A DNA stretch of 64,000 nt from Lama guanicoe (GCA_013239625.1 MU053881.1:16112373-16176372), one strand, 5' to 3'. Counted from the first letter of the stretch, positions 35,575-49,255 are shown. Notes: generated by a model from the letters alone, not told the origin. Numbers and translations are program-made.

Positions 35575-37600
35575 TTTCAAGATGATTTTGTGTCCTTCAG
35601 TCACAGGGGCAGTTCTGTTTAATGACTGACAGCAAGTTAGGAGTTGGCCCTCAAATGGAAATGCTCCATCTGGTCCAGAGTCCCAGTCGCCGTCCCTGGG
35701 GAGCATCTACAGGGTTTTGCAATAGCTGTGGTCTACACCGCACACGGGGCCATGGCACAGAGCACTGGTCCAGCCAGTGCTCCAGCACCCATCACCACGT
35801 GGGCTATGGCAGGCTTCCTGGTTCCCATGTAGTGTGGCTCTGTTCACATTTACCAGTTCCCATCTACAGGCCTTCTGTGTTGGGAGACTAGGGAGGGGGA
35901 GACTTCCCTTTGAGATCTGTATCCATCCTCATAATGCCTTCAGGTAAAAGAGATGTGGCCATTTTACCCAAAGCCTGTGCCAACAGCCATGCTTTTAGCT
36001 GACTTTCATCTTCATCCCATCAACGCTTCCGTTCCTCACCGGGGCCCCCCAGGGACTCCATCAGCAGGGTGTAAATATACAATTGTAGGCAGGGGTACAG
36101 GTGTCCCCAGTCAGATGTAGCAGCCATTCCTACAAAATACACACATCAAGGAGACACAACTTCTTCCTGGCAAGATGGTTTAAACTTTCTCATTTCCATC
36201 CACACTCCCAGCCCTCCCGTTTCTGTATTCTCCAAGCCCATTGGAAACCCTCATCAGGGATTCCTGTGGAGCTCCTGTATCAGAGTCCCAGAAACTTCTC
36301 TTCTCCACCCCCGACCTATTTTCTACCCCATTTGTGTGCAAAGAGCTTTGAGTCCACAGAAGGGACACCTCGGAACCCCGGTCCTGTGGTCAGCCATTAG
36401 CTTCAGGATCAGCCCAATTATTGCCCCAAGTGATTCCAGATCAGGTTTCTCATTATAACCTTTGCCTTCTATCTTTCAAAATTGCTCCAAAACTGGGGTA
36501 AAAACAGCAGACTTGTATGGGACCCCCTTGAGTGGGTCCCTTCACCAACCCACCCTCCCAGAGTGCTGTATTGAGACCTTGGCTTCAACCTGGTCAAGAT
36601 CATCCCATTTTTAAAACAAGCATCTAAATACATCTACCCTCCCATTTGCTCGTTACGTCATCTACTGTTTTAGCATCTGTAAGACCCTTAGGGAAAGATA
36701 AGAGGCAAATCCATCAGGCTTCTGGTGCTGTTGGGTGATTTTGCAGCAGTAAGGCTCACAGGGTACCCATGCAAAAGGGCCTCCTGATACACACCTTTTA
36801 CCATGATGTGCGAAACGGGCATATACAGTGGGCGAGTATCTCAGTCATTGTAAACCCAGCCCCACATGGCTTGCTCATGAAGCGTATTAGCTGACTCATC
36901 TAGGGGGTCCCACTCGGCACTTAGCTGGGGGAGTCTGGATAAATAGACCTTACAGTGGTTTTGATGTGGCCCACCCAGCTGGCGGCTCTCGGGAATAACC
37001 TCCTGTGTATGCATCACACGTAGTCATCTGCGACACAGGGACCTGTGGGTTCTGTGTTGACCCAAACATGCTCTTCTACTCTGAAGTATCTAAACCAAAA
37101 ATTCTGACCCCCAAATTCATTCTCACAATTATTAAAGTTTCTGCAGGAAGTTGATGATACAAATGCAGAAAACACAATTTTTGACACTATACACCCCCCA
37201 TCAGTAGTTTGTTGGTTTGCCCTACCCCATGTCCTGTGGGTGACCTTTCTGGTAACCCAAGGCCTAAAAGGTACTCTGTTGTCCCAGCAAAACTCACCCT
37301 TTCGGGGGCAGCTGAGGCTGGTGGCCAAACCTCAGACTGACAAGAATCTGACCGTGCTCTGGCAGAGACGTGACCCAGCCTCTTTACCTTCATTCTGGCT
37401 GTTACTCAGGACAACGGCCAGAGATTAGAGACTTCACTTCTTTTCTTCTTGTTTGCATTTCCCTCAGTGGAGTTGGATCCAGCTGTAAATTTCCTTGGTA
37501 AATTTCATCTTTAACTGATGGCAGCTGGCCGCGGTGCACCCAAGAAGCAAAGGTTCCTCATCCACCACACTTTCATCCTTTCTCTTCCCAGCCCTTTCCA
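35575..37600 (-). mobile_element. Decayed, internally deleted ERVL-class (class III) retroviral gag-pro-pol remnant
   Basis: Minus-strand GGEEKFLGL/DTGA (aspartic protease motif, frameshifted) at ~36270-36315. FPFEGQLLTCCQSLNRTAPVTEGHKIILK at ~35575-35662 resembles the ERVL pol connection-region motif PFE.QLLACYWAL.ETE.LT.GH. Confidence 0.65.
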
Positions 37601-37904
37601 TGAGCCAGGGCCATTCTATCTCTGACCTTGGTCTTACGGTGTTTTCTGACTCAGTATTTAATGGGGACAGAATCTCAGTTTTGCAAGATGCAAAAGCCTG
37701 TAGCTGAACTGTGAAGATGGCTGCACACCAGTGTGAATGTACTTAACACCAGCGAACTGTAGGGTTAGAAATGATTAACATGGTAAACGATACAGCTTTC
37801 TTGAGCACAATAAAAATTTAAACAATGGAGGGAGAGTAATTATTTACACTCCAGGAAGATAGGAGAGAAAACAATAGTAGGAGAACTCCTCAAGACATGT
37901 GTAT

Positions 37905-38440
37905 AGTAGGGAATGAACCTTGCCCAAGAGAAATTGGACCTTTGCTCTCAACCCTTAGGAGGTGACCTCTAGGCTTCTAGAATGTTCTGCCCCATAGAAG
38001 TGCTTGTGTGCATGAGGGCTTTTGGGCCTCAGGGCTTGAGTACTGTCTCTGGAAGAGACTGAAGACTAAAGGTGAGCCCTGTGGCTGTATATGACCGCAC
38101 CCTAGCAAAAACTGTGCACTCAGGCTTGGGTGAGATTCCCTAGTTAGCAATATTGGTGCGTGTTGTCACACAATGGCTGGGAGGAGTAAGTGATGTCTGT
38201 GAGTCTCCAGGGAGAAGGCAACTGGAGGCCCCATGTTTGGACCCCTCCTGGATCTTGCCCCATGCAACTTTTCCTTGGGTTGGTTTTAATCTGTATCTTT
38301 TCACTGTAATAAACTGTAACCGTGAGTATAACAGCTTCCAGTGAGTTCTGTGAGTCCTTCTAGTGGATTATTGAACCTGAGATGGTTTGAGGAATACTGT
38401 AACTTGCAGCAGGTGTCAGAAGCAAGGGTAATGGTCCTAA
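37905..38440 (+). mobile_element. MER21-like LTR
   Basis: gactaaaggt...gtgttgtcacac...ttttaatctgtatcttttcactgtaataaactgtaacc...gagttctgtgagtccttctag...ggtgtcagaag; similar to the copy at 51425. Confidence 0.75.
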
Positions 38441-38444
38441 CTCT

Positions 38445-38982
38445 TTGGAAAACAATGTGATAGTTCTTCAAAAAGTTAAACAGAGAATTACCAGGTGACT
38501 CAGCTATTCCACTACTAAGGTATGGACACCAAAGAATTGAAGAGACTCAAATAGATATTTTGATACCAATTCATATAGCAGCACTATTCACAATTGCCAA
38601 AAGATGGAAACAACCCAAATGTCCATCAGTAGGTGAATGAATGAACAGAATGTGGTGTATCCATGCAGTGGAATATTACACACTCACAAAAAGGACTGAA
38701 ACTGTGACACATCTACCATGTGGAGGAACTCGGAAATCATTATGCTGAGTGAAAGAAGCCAGACATAAAAGGCCATGTATTGTATGATTTGATTTATGTG
38801 AAATGTCCTGACTAGGTAAATCCATAGAGAAAGAAAGCAGATTAATGGTTGCCAGGAGCTGGGAGGAGAGGGGAATGGGAGTGGCTGCTCATTGGCATGG
38901 TATTTCCTGTGGGGTGATGAAATATTCTGGAACTAGATAGAGGTGAGTGTTGGACAGCTCTGTGAAGATATTAAAAACTACT
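38445..38982 (+). mobile_element. Older L1 (L1MB-like) 3' region
   Basis: ttggaaaacaat...ggaaacaacccaaatgtccatcag...atgctgagtgaaagaagccagac. Confidence 0.8.
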
Positions 38983-41900
38983 TGTAGTGGGTCAAATTGT
39001 GCTCCCCCTTGGAAGATACATCCATCTGGAACTTCAGAATGAGATCTAATCTGGAATAAGGATCTTTGCAGATGTAATTAACACAAGGATCTCAAGGTGA
39101 GGTCATCTTGGATTCACAGTGGGTCCTAAATCCAGTAACAGGTGACCTTATAAGAAAAGATCAGGGGAAACAGACACAAGGCACAGAGAAATGATGAGAT
39201 GACAGAGGCAGAGGTTGGAGCGATGGAGCCACAAGCCAAAGAAGGCCAAGGATGGCCAGCAGCCACTTGAAGCCAGGAGAGAGGCCTGGAAAGGATTCTT
39301 CCTCTGGCCTCGAGAAGGAACCAACCCTGCCCACCCACACCTTGATTTTAGTTTTCTGGCCTCTAGAATGGTGAGAATCAATTTCTGTTGTTTTAAGCCT
39401 CCCAGTTTGCGTTAATTTGTTATGACAGCCCAAGGGATCAGTACACCACTGAATGGTACACTTAACAAAGGTAAGCACACACCCACACACACACAACCCG
39501 CCCCTTCTGCCGCCTTCCCCATCCCCACCAATGACAATCCAAACTTCTAACACTCAGCCTAAACCCTCCTGTTGCCCTGTGTTCAGGATATGAGTCTGAT
39601 AGTCCGCCGTATGCTTGTTTTCCCCTCTACTCTTTTTCCTTCTTTCTCAGCTTTTAGACTATCCGTCTTCTCTGTAGTTCCCTTCATCTTTTGGCCTCTA
39701 TTAACAATTGTGAAATGATGCCACCCACCGTCTAAAAGGGGCAGTGGTGTTCCGCATGCTTCAGTTAAGCGAGGGCTCCAGAGGGCTGCAGAATGAACAG
39801 CTGGTATGTAAAATACACTCTGTCCTGTTGGGAACTAAACTGAAAACTATTTAAGGAACAACTAGGTGCTGTGAAAACGAATCACGTGGAAAGATCGCCA
39901 TGATTTTTTTTAATGAAAAGAGAAGGACCCAAATAATGTGTAAGGTGTGGAACAATTTGTGTTAAAATTTTGAAAAACTTGGAAAGATACACAAAGATGT
40001 GTTGAGAGAAGCTATATCCAGGGTGAGGGCACTGGGGACCCCGAGGTTGGAGGAATGCTTGTGTGTGGCATGTTTGCATTCCTTTAACATTTCGGTCAAG
40101 TATTTCATCGTATGGATCACATTTCCACAAGAAATTCATGCAACAGAACTCAAGGAAACAGGCTTTCTAAATTGTCGTGCTTCTGCTTACGCTGCGGTGC
40201 CTCAACCGCAGCCCTGTTGATGCTTGGGGACAGATCTTTCTCTGCAGTGGGGGCCATCCTGCACATTGAGGGATGCTGAGCAGCACCCCTGACCTCCACC
40301 CACCAGATGGCAGTAGCACTCCCCCAACCAAAAATCTGTCTGGACATTGCCCAGTGACCCTGAGGGTGGGAACTGCTCTGTGTGATAACCTCTATGATGC
40401 GACAGGCCCATTCCTTGCTGTCAGCCATACCATCTTTCTGTTTCATTCATTGACCTCATTCATTCACTGCAGAAGGAAAATCTAGAAGGCAGTTCTGTGT
40501 GACTGCTTCTCAACCACGACTGGGCTGAGAATTAGCACAAATTCTGGCAAAAATCTAGACCAGGATTGGCAAACTACAGACTACCCCCCCCCAACAAAGG
40601 GACAGTGACAGCTGCTTCTGAGGAAGTTGGCTTCTATGTAGGAGCTCCCAGTTTATTTTTGGTTTCCTTTGCCTTTAATGAATGCAGTGTTTTAGACTCT
40701 ACACATAACACAGTATTTATCATTTTTGCTGTTTGTAAGTGTGCAATTATGGCATTAAATGCATTCACCAGGTTGTGTAACCGTCACTATCTACACCCAA
40801 AAGTTTTTTCATCAGCCACGGTATAAACTCCCTGCTCATTAAACACTTAACTCCCTTTGCCTTCCGCTCCCACTCCGTCACACCCCACCCGGCCCCCCGG
40901 GCCCTGGTAATCTCTATTCTACTTTCTGTCTCTTTGGATTTGCCTGTTCTGGGGACCTGATCTAAGTGGAATCCTGCAGTATTTGTCCTTCTCTGTCTGG
41001 CTTACTGAAATGCAGCTTCTTAATGATCGAATTAACTATTAACTCTAAAGGGTGGTGTTGCCAGATCCTGTGGCCTGGCAGCCCCCTGACAAACCGGGAG
41101 ACCCCACTGACCACAATGCCTGGGTTCCTTCCCTTCGTCCTCTGGATGGGGCTGATGACTGTGCCTGTTTTCATGAGGCAGCCCCTGGACCAGGCCTCCT
41201 CTCCTGCCGAGAAGCCCTTTCACCCCGGCTCCATCCACAGCCCACATTCCTGCCTTTTTGGTTAATTGGAACTGATTGGGTTCCAGGCAGTTCCGGAAGC
41301 GCCCCCTCAGCGACTGCAAAGACCCCTGATGTCTCGAGGATTAGCTCAGTGAACCGCCGACCCTGAGCAATTAGAGCATTTGCTGGGACTGTGAGCACGG
41401 CCGCTGTGGACCCAGAATTCAGGCCAGGATGCCCAGGTTGGGTTTGGCTTGTGCTCAGCGAATCCCAGCGTCCAGTTAATCCCCATCACAGGGAACCCAG
41501 GCCGGTGTTCATCCCTCCTCCTCCTTTGGGGTTTGCTTTCCTTCTCCCTGTGCTGAGTTGGAATGTTTGGATTCATATCGTGGGAGAGATTCATTTAATT
41601 TTCCTCTCACTTTTAACATTTTAGAAATAAGACTCTTCAAGAACGCTGTCTTCTCCCTCCAGGAATCTCCCTGTAGGCATCACAGGCGCTCTTCTGATAA
41701 ACAGGTGGTGGGCATGTTACTCCAGGAAACAGTTTATTCACAGCGGGAGCCTGTGATGTCTCCTGACTCCAGCGGGTTAGCTCACCTGGCCAGAGGCTGC
41801 TGGGAGGTAGGGAAGAGAGCTGAGCATCTCCCCAGCATCTGCAGCGACAGGATGAGAGTCCACGTGACAGGCCCGACAGACAGACAGACACATATCACCC

Positions 41901-42489
41901 CTTGCTGCCCTGTGAAGAGGACACGGTATCTGTTACGGGTTGAATCATGTCCCCTAAAAAAATGGCATGTTGGAATCCTAAGTCCCAGTACTTCGCAATG
42001 TAGCCTTCTTTGGAAATAGGGTCTTTGCAGAGTTAAGCAGGTTAAGATGAGGTCATTAGGCTGGGCCCTAATCTAACATGACTGATGTCCTTATGAGAAG
42101 GGAAATTTTGGACACAGAGACAGGCACAGAGGGAAGACTGTGAAGATATGGAAGGGGGAAGCCGTCTGAAGATGGAGGCAGAGATTGGAGTGATGCGGCC
42201 ACAAGCCAAGGACACCTGGAGCCCACTGAAGCCGGAAGAAGCAAGGAAGGATCTTCCCCTACAGCCTCTGGAGGGAGTGCAGCCCTGCCCACATTTGATT
42301 TCAGACTTCAGGCCTCCAGAACCATAAGAGGAGAAATTCCTGTTTAATGCCACCAGTTCGTGGTCTTTTGCTATGGCAACCCCAGGACACTCATCCAGCA
42401 GGTAAAAGCCGAGTGCGCCTGAAGTAGCTGAACTTTTATGTCCCTCTGTGCAGCCCCCTCCTATCTGGGGGTGCAACCCCGACTCTGGC

Positions 42490-42810
42490 AAAGTTTGAAA
42501 TATTGCAAGAATTACCAACATGTGACAGAGACATGAAGTGAGCAAACGCTGTTGGAAAAATGGCACCCATAGACTGGCTCGATGCAGAGCTGCCAGAGAC
42601 CTTCAATTTGTTAAAAATGCAATATCTTTGAAACACAATAAAATGATGTATGCTTACACAATTGTTCCTCAGTGTCCACAGGGGATTGGTTCTAGGACCC
42701 CCCTGCAGATACCAAAATCCGCAGATGCTCAAGTCTCTTATATAAAATGGCATAGTACATTAAGAATTGGTGGGTTCTGCATCCTCAGATGCAGAGGACC
42801 GACTCTATTA
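42490..42810 (+). mobile_element. Tigger1 3' end followed by a MER2-like MITE
   Basis: gcaagaattaccaacatgtgacagagacatgaagtgagc...ttcaatttgttaaaaatgcaatatc; then ggggattggttctaggaccccc...gatgctcaagtctcttatataaaatggc. Confidence 0.75.
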
Positions 42811-43799
42811 CGAAAAAGGAGGAAAAACTGGGAAGGGTAAGAGGGTGAGGAGACTGAGGTGTCAGAACAGCAGTTGCATATCTCAGTGAGGAGGTAGTGA
42901 GTTTTGTCATGAGAGTATCTAGGTGAAGTGTGTTACAAGCAGAGGGAACAGCCAGTGTGAAGGCCCTGGGCCAAGAGTGCCCTGGCCAGACTGAGAGCTT
43001 TCAGGGGGTTTGGAGCAGAAGTGAGCACTCTGACATTTGTTTGCATTGTTTGATATAATATGACCCAGAGTTGGCAAACTACAGCCCTGGCGCCAAATCC
43101 AGCCTACAGCCTGTTTTTATAAATAAAGTTTTATTTGTCCTTGCCACGCTCATTCATTTACATATTGTCTGTAGCTACTTTGATCCTCCTATGGCAGAAT
43201 TGAGTTGTTGTGAATATCCTGTATGAAACTGCTTTCTGTGAAAAGACCTCAAGTGGCTTCTGTTTACCATCTTGATCCCTGACTGATACACGGTTATGAC
43301 ACAAAAAAATTGTTACACCGTAAAACCAGACACAATTTCAGCCACCCTCAAGGAGGAATGTGGTTGGCTGAATAATATCCCCCCACCTTCGAAAGCTATT
43401 TGTCCTATTCCTCAGAATCTGTAAATATTAAGTTTATGGCAAAAGGGGCTTTGCAGATGTGATTATGTTAAGGATCTTGAAATGATGACAAAATTATTCT
43501 GCATTTGTAGGTGTGTCCTAAATATGATCACAAGGGAGTGTCCCTTATGAGAGGGAAGCAGAGGGCAGTTCATACAGAAACAGGAAATGTGGTGACAGAG
43601 GCATGAGGTTGGAGTGGTCCAGGAAGGGTCACATGATTAGGAGGCAGCCTTAGATGACCAGAAAGCCAGGCACAAGGATTTTTCCCTTGAGCCTCCAGAA
43701 GGAAACTTCTCTGCCAGCACCTTGATTTGACCTGGTGACCCTGGCTTAGGACTTCTGGCTTCCTGAACTATAAGAGAATAAGTTTGTGGGGTTTTAACA

Positions 43800-45325
43800 A
43801 TTAAAAAAAATTTTTTTAATTGAAGTGTAGTTGGTTTACAATGTTGTGTTAGTTTCTGGTGTACGGCATAATGTTTCAGTCATACATATACATACAAATA
43901 TTCATTTTCATATTCTTTGTTTTTATAGGTTACTACAAGATATTGAATGTATTTCCCCGTGCTATACAGAAGAAACTTGTTTATCTATTTTTATATACAG
44001 TAGTGAGTATCTGCAAATCTCAAACTCCCAATTTATCCCTTCCCACCCTCTTTCCCCTCTGGTAACCATAAGTTTGTTTCCGATGTCTGTGAGTCTTTGA
44101 TTTTGTAAATAAGTTCATTTGTGTCTTTTTTTTTTTTTNNNNNNNNNNNNNNNNNNNNNNNNNNNNNNNNNNNNNNNNNNNNNNNNNNNNNNNNNNNNNN
44201 NNNNNNNNNNNNNNNNNNNNNNNNNNNNNNNNNNNNNNNNNNNNNNNNNNNNNNNNNNNNNNNNNNNNNNNNNNNNNNNNNNNNNNNNNNNNNNNNNNNN
44301 NNNNNNNNNNNNNNNNNNNNNNNNNNNNNNNNNNNNNNNNNNNNNNNNNNNNNNNNNNNNNNNNNNNNNNNNNNNNNNNNNNNNNNNNNNNNNNNNNNNN
44401 NNNNNNNNNNNNNNNNNNNNNNNNNNNNNNNNNNNNNNNNNNNNNNNNNNNNNNNNNNNNNNNNNNNNNNNNNNNNNNNNNNNNNNNNNNNNNNNNNNNN
44501 NNNNNNNNNNNNNNNNNNNNNNNNNNNNNNNNNNNNNNNNNNNNNNNNNNNNNNNNNNNNNNNNNNNNNNNNNNNNNNNNNNNNNNNNNNNNNNNNNNNN
44601 NNNNNNNNNNNNNNNNNNNNNNNNNNNNNNNNNNNNNNNNNNNNNNNNNNNNNNNNNNNNNNNNNNNNNNNNNNNNNNNNNNNNNNNNNNNNNNNNNNNN
44701 NNNNNNNNNNNNNNNNNNNNNNNNNNNNNNNNNNNNNNNNNNNNNNNNNNNNNNNNNNNNNNNNNNNNNNNNNNNNNNNNNNNNNNNNNNNNNNNNNNNN
44801 NNNNNNNNNNNNNNNNNNNNNNNNNNNNNNNNNNNNNNNNNNNNNNNNNNNNNNNNNTATTCTTTTAGGCTGAGTAGTATTCCATTGTGTAAATATACCA
44901 CATCTTCTTTATCCAGTCATCTGTCAATGGACATTTAGGTTGTTTCCATGTCTTATCTATTGTAAATAGTGCTACTGTGAACATTGGGGTGCATGTATCT
45001 TTTCGAATTAGAGTTCCCTCCAAATAGAGGTAGCACCTCGCACCAGTCAGAATGGCCATCATTAAAAAAGTCCACAAATGATAAATGCTGGAGAGGCTGT
45101 GGAGAAAAGGGAACCTTCCTACATTGTTGGTGGGACTGTAGTTTGGTGCAGCTATTGCAGAAAATAATATGGAGATTTCTCAAAAAACTAAAAGTAGACC
45201 TACCGTATGATACATATACATAATTTTCCATTTTAGGTTACTACCAGCTGTTGAATATAGTTCCCTGTGCTACACAGTAGGACCTTGTTGTTTATCTATT
45301 CTGTATACAGTCGTTTGTAGCAGGC
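43800..45325 (-). mobile_element. Relatively young L1 (3' UTR and ORF2 C-terminus) with 5' inversion, inserted in an MLT1 LTR
   Basis: Minus strand ...[44 protein letters not shown]; plus strand 45026-45210 ...[25 protein letters not shown]...LPYD. Confidence 0.88.
44139..44858. other. Assembly gap (720 N)
   Basis: Run of n inside an L1 element. Confidence 1.
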
Positions 45326-46354
45326 TGGTTATCACTTGTTATAGCAGCCGTAGGTAACAAATACAGATTATTTTATAGGTTGTCCTCTCATCGAACAATA
45401 TGTCATAGATCTTCCACTTGCGCATACATAGCTCTCTTTTCTTCTTTTTATCAGCTCCCTGCTATCTCATTGGGCCGAGGTGACCTTCTTTACTTAGCCG
45501 TTCTCTCTCCTGATGGACATTTAAGTCGCCTCCAGGGTCTTGCTGTTGCCTGTCCGACTTCTGAAAGTTTCATCACAGCGTGGTATGCGAGCATTCATTA
45601 ACTGCATTTGGTCTCTTTTCCTCTTCTTGACTGATTAAAAATGACTCATGTGTGTTTCTGATGAAAAGGGCCCTGGAGATTATCTGCTGCCCCCACCCAC
45701 CACCCCCACCCCACACGCCGCTCCCTCCAGGACCCTGGCCTGGGACCAGTTCCCAAACAGCTCACTCAGCAGATGTTTGATGATTTCAGAAAGTGAAAGG
45801 ATCGTGGGTCATGTCCGTCAACTCTCTGCAGAGCCCCCCTAGGACCACGCCCGTGGCGATGCCCATCAAAGCCGAGTCAGGAGCCTTGACCACATCGTGA
45901 CCACAAGGCTTTCCATCCTTATTAGACCTTCAATCACTTCCACGGTGGATTAGCTCAACTTACAAACCAAACAAATGTTTTCCTGTCGGCACCATACTCT
46001 CCCCCAGAGACTGAGAAGCTTCTGGCCTCCCAGTCCAGAGCTGACCTGGCTGCAGGCCAGCAATTTGTGCAGTCACCCAGCGGTGTCTGCACCAGCCTCC
46101 CAGAGCTGCCTTGAGAGGCCCGGGAACACGAGGTCTTTAGGATCAGCGTCCACAGATTTGGCGTCAGGGACGGACAGGGTGGGGGGCCGATCTAGGGTGT
46201 TCCTAGGGGGCCCCAGGCTGTGGCTGAGCCAAAGTCATTTGCAAATATTCTGCAATCATAAAGCAGAATAGGACATGTCTTGAAGAGTTCTGAAGATGCA
46301 CTATGCAAAATGACTTGTGAAATGACATGGTGTCCCTGGAATAGAGAGAGAAAC

Positions 46355-46890
46355 TTTATTTTTAATAGAAGCACATTCAGTTTACAATGTGTCAATTTCT
46401 GGTGTATAGCATAATGTTTCAGTCATACATATACATACATATATTTGTTTTCATATTCTTTTTTATTATAGGATACTAGAAGGTATTGAATATAATTCCC
46501 TGTGCTATATGGTAGGACCTTGTTATTTATCTATTTTATACATGGTAGTTAGTATCTTCAAATCTCTAACTCCCAGTTTATCCCTTCCCACCCACTTCCT
46601 CTCTAGTAACCATACATTTGTTTTCTATGTCTGTGAGTTGGCTTCTGTTTTGTAAATAAGTTTATTTGTGTTTTTTTTTAGATTCTACATATGAGTGATA
46701 TTATATGGTATTTTTCTTTCTCTTTCTGGCTTACTTCACTTAGAATGATGATCTCCAGGTCCATCCACGTTGCAGCAAATGGCATTATCTTATTCTTTTT
46801 TATGGCCGAGTAGTATTCCATTGTATAAATATGCCACAGCTTCTTTATCCAGTCATCTGTCAATGGACATTTAGGTTGTTTCCATGTCTT
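46355..46890 (-). mobile_element. L1 3' end (ORF2 C-terminus and 3' UTR)
   Basis: KTWKQPKCPLTDDWIKKLWHIYTMEYYSAIKKNKIMPFAATWMDLEIIILSEVSQKEK. Confidence 0.9.
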
Positions 46891-48549
46891 CAGCCTGGTC
46901 CGTCTTTGGGCACCTGGTTCACTGGCTTGGTGGGCAGTGTCCATAGGGTTGATGAGAGAAAGAAAGAAGGGGAAGAAGCAGTCACCTCATCTGGGGGCTG
47001 TCTACACCTGCCCACGTCACCTGGGGACTCTCTGTACCTGTCTACACCTGCTCACCTCACCCAGGGGCCCATGGGTCAGACATGCCGTTGGCCCGGTGGC
47101 CATCTCAGGCTCTCCCACTCCAGACCTAGTCTCCTGCAGAGTCTGGTGAGTCTATCCACAGGAGCAGAGGGTGCTTGGAGCTGCTGGTGGCCTGGTGACT
47201 CTTTAGTTCCCTCCTGGCCCAGGGTGTGTCCAGAACATTCCTGGCACTGAGCTGGCATCTTCCCCAGGACAGAAACAGCCCGACCGCCGGAGCTGGAGCA
47301 TTCACTGTGGCGCTTTTCTTTCCAGCCTGTTTGCCCAGAAAGTAGAATCAGCCAGGATGCCCATTTGGGGCTGAATTGTCTGGCCCTCAGTTTTCTCCTC
47401 TATCAAACCTCAGAGATGGCATGCCATCTGAGGCTGGTTCCTGCTCTCAGCTCTCGGGAAGCCCCTAAGAACAAATGGTTGGGCCCGGATCAAGGCCCAA
47501 GGGGCAGACAAAGGTGCCATCCCACCAGACGCCAGTGCCTGGAGGTGTCTGACTCTGAGTCATGCTGAGGGCTCTAGTGTTGGTATCCTCAGCTCCTCCC
47601 GGGACAGACGCACACGCCACTGCATGGTACTCTTCCCGGAGGTGCATGGCCTCAGGTGAGGTGTACACAGCCCCCGGGGGAAGAGCTGCAGACAGCACAC
47701 ATTATGGGGACTCATTGGAGGCACAGTCACCCAGCTAAGGGAGCCTCCCAGGAGGGGCTTCACGACGATGTAGCACCTAGACAGGACCTTAAGCCTGAGA
47801 AGGAGCCACGCGGGTGCAGAGGGCATATCAGAGAGCAGCCACTCGAGGGTGGCCTGTGGAGGCATGTCAGGGGTCTGCCCTGTGATGATGTGGCTGCATT
47901 GGGTCCCCAAGGAAGGCAGGATGACAGTCCATTTGGGGTCTGATGATCACGGAGGGTGCGTCTTTTGCCCTTAAGGTGAAAATCTGGCAAACTGTGGTTT
48001 TAAGGATGTGATTTTGGGGATATCCGAGCAGATGTTTCTGTTGTCAAGTCTGTAAGAGTGAGGCTGGTGCATGTTCTCAGAAGCACAGACAGGGCCCCTG
48101 CAGGGCCCCAAGGCCTCCCCGATGCTGCCCCAGGGTCCACAGCTGACCTGAGAAATGACAGTCTGGACATGGCCCACCCAGGGACCACCTGCCTATCACT
48201 GCCTTCGCTGGGCCTGTGTGCATTCCCAGCCCCGAGGATACCAGATGGTCTCAGTGGGCCAGGAGAGGAGCTTGGCTTGATCTCTGGGTGCCCCTCACCC
48301 CAAGATGCCCACAGCAGCTGGCCTTGACCCTCTCTGCTTCCCCATGCCACTGAGAGCAGGCATGAGCTCCTCCTGTCAGGGCGGGGTGTGCTCAAAGTAG
48401 CATCAGGGGACAGCTTCTCCCAAACCCAGGGCGGGCAGAGTCCAAGAGCTGGCCTCAGACCCATTTGTCCCACCCAGCAGAGCTCTCAGCTGCCTCCCCC
48501 TCCTTGGAAAGTCTTGGCCTATATCCCATTTTCCTGCATCTCTGCTTCT

Positions 48550-48905
48550 ATATTTTTTTAAATGAAGTCTAGTCAGTTTACAATGCTGAGTCAACTTCTG
48601 GTGTACAGCATAATGCTTCAGTCATACATATATAATACATATGTTCCTTTTCATATTCTTTTTTCATTAAAAGTTACTACAAGATATTGAATATAGTTCC
48701 CTGTGCTCTACAGAAGAACCTTGTTGTTTATCTATTTTATATATAGTAGTATCTGCAAATCTCAAACTCCCAATTTATCCCTTCCCACCCCCTTTACCCC
48801 CTGGTAACCATGAGTTTGTCCTCTATGTATGCGAGTCTGTTCTGTTTTGTAAATAAATTCATTTATATCTTTTCTTTTTTCAATTCCACATATAAGAGAT
48901 ATGAA
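48550..48905 (-). mobile_element. L1 3' UTR fragment, same family as the copies at 43800 and 46355
   Basis: Closely similar 3' UTR text (cagtcatacata...atagttccctgtgct...ctcccaatttatccc). Confidence 0.85.
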
Positions 48906-49094
48906 TCTCTGTTTTTTAAAAATGTATGTTTCTGTTTTTATAAACAAATTTTTGAGGTATAGCTGACATAAAATACACTGCACAGATGTAAAGTATTCAG
49001 CTAGCTAAGTTTTGACACATGGACCCTCCTGGGAAACCATCACCACAATCGAGATAGTGGACACAACCATCACCCCCTCCAAGTCCCTCGGGAC

Positions 49095-49255
49095 CTGAAA
49101 GAAAACTGTTTGCTGTACGCTACTCACAGCACTTCTGACACCAGGTGTGTGGGTTTTCACACCAAGTAATTCTGACACTAACTTCCCAGAGTTAACGCAA
49201 ACCCCGAAAGTGAAGCCCTCAGTGCCATAAGACTGTACCCACGTGGGATGCCAGA
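49095..49255 (-). mobile_element. MER21-like LTR fragment
   Basis: cacttctgacaccag...tctgacactaact...cataagactg. Confidence 0.55.

Noticed and set aside
44020..44901. Long ORFs of 249-293 aa
   Set aside because: Artefacts of translating through the N gap.
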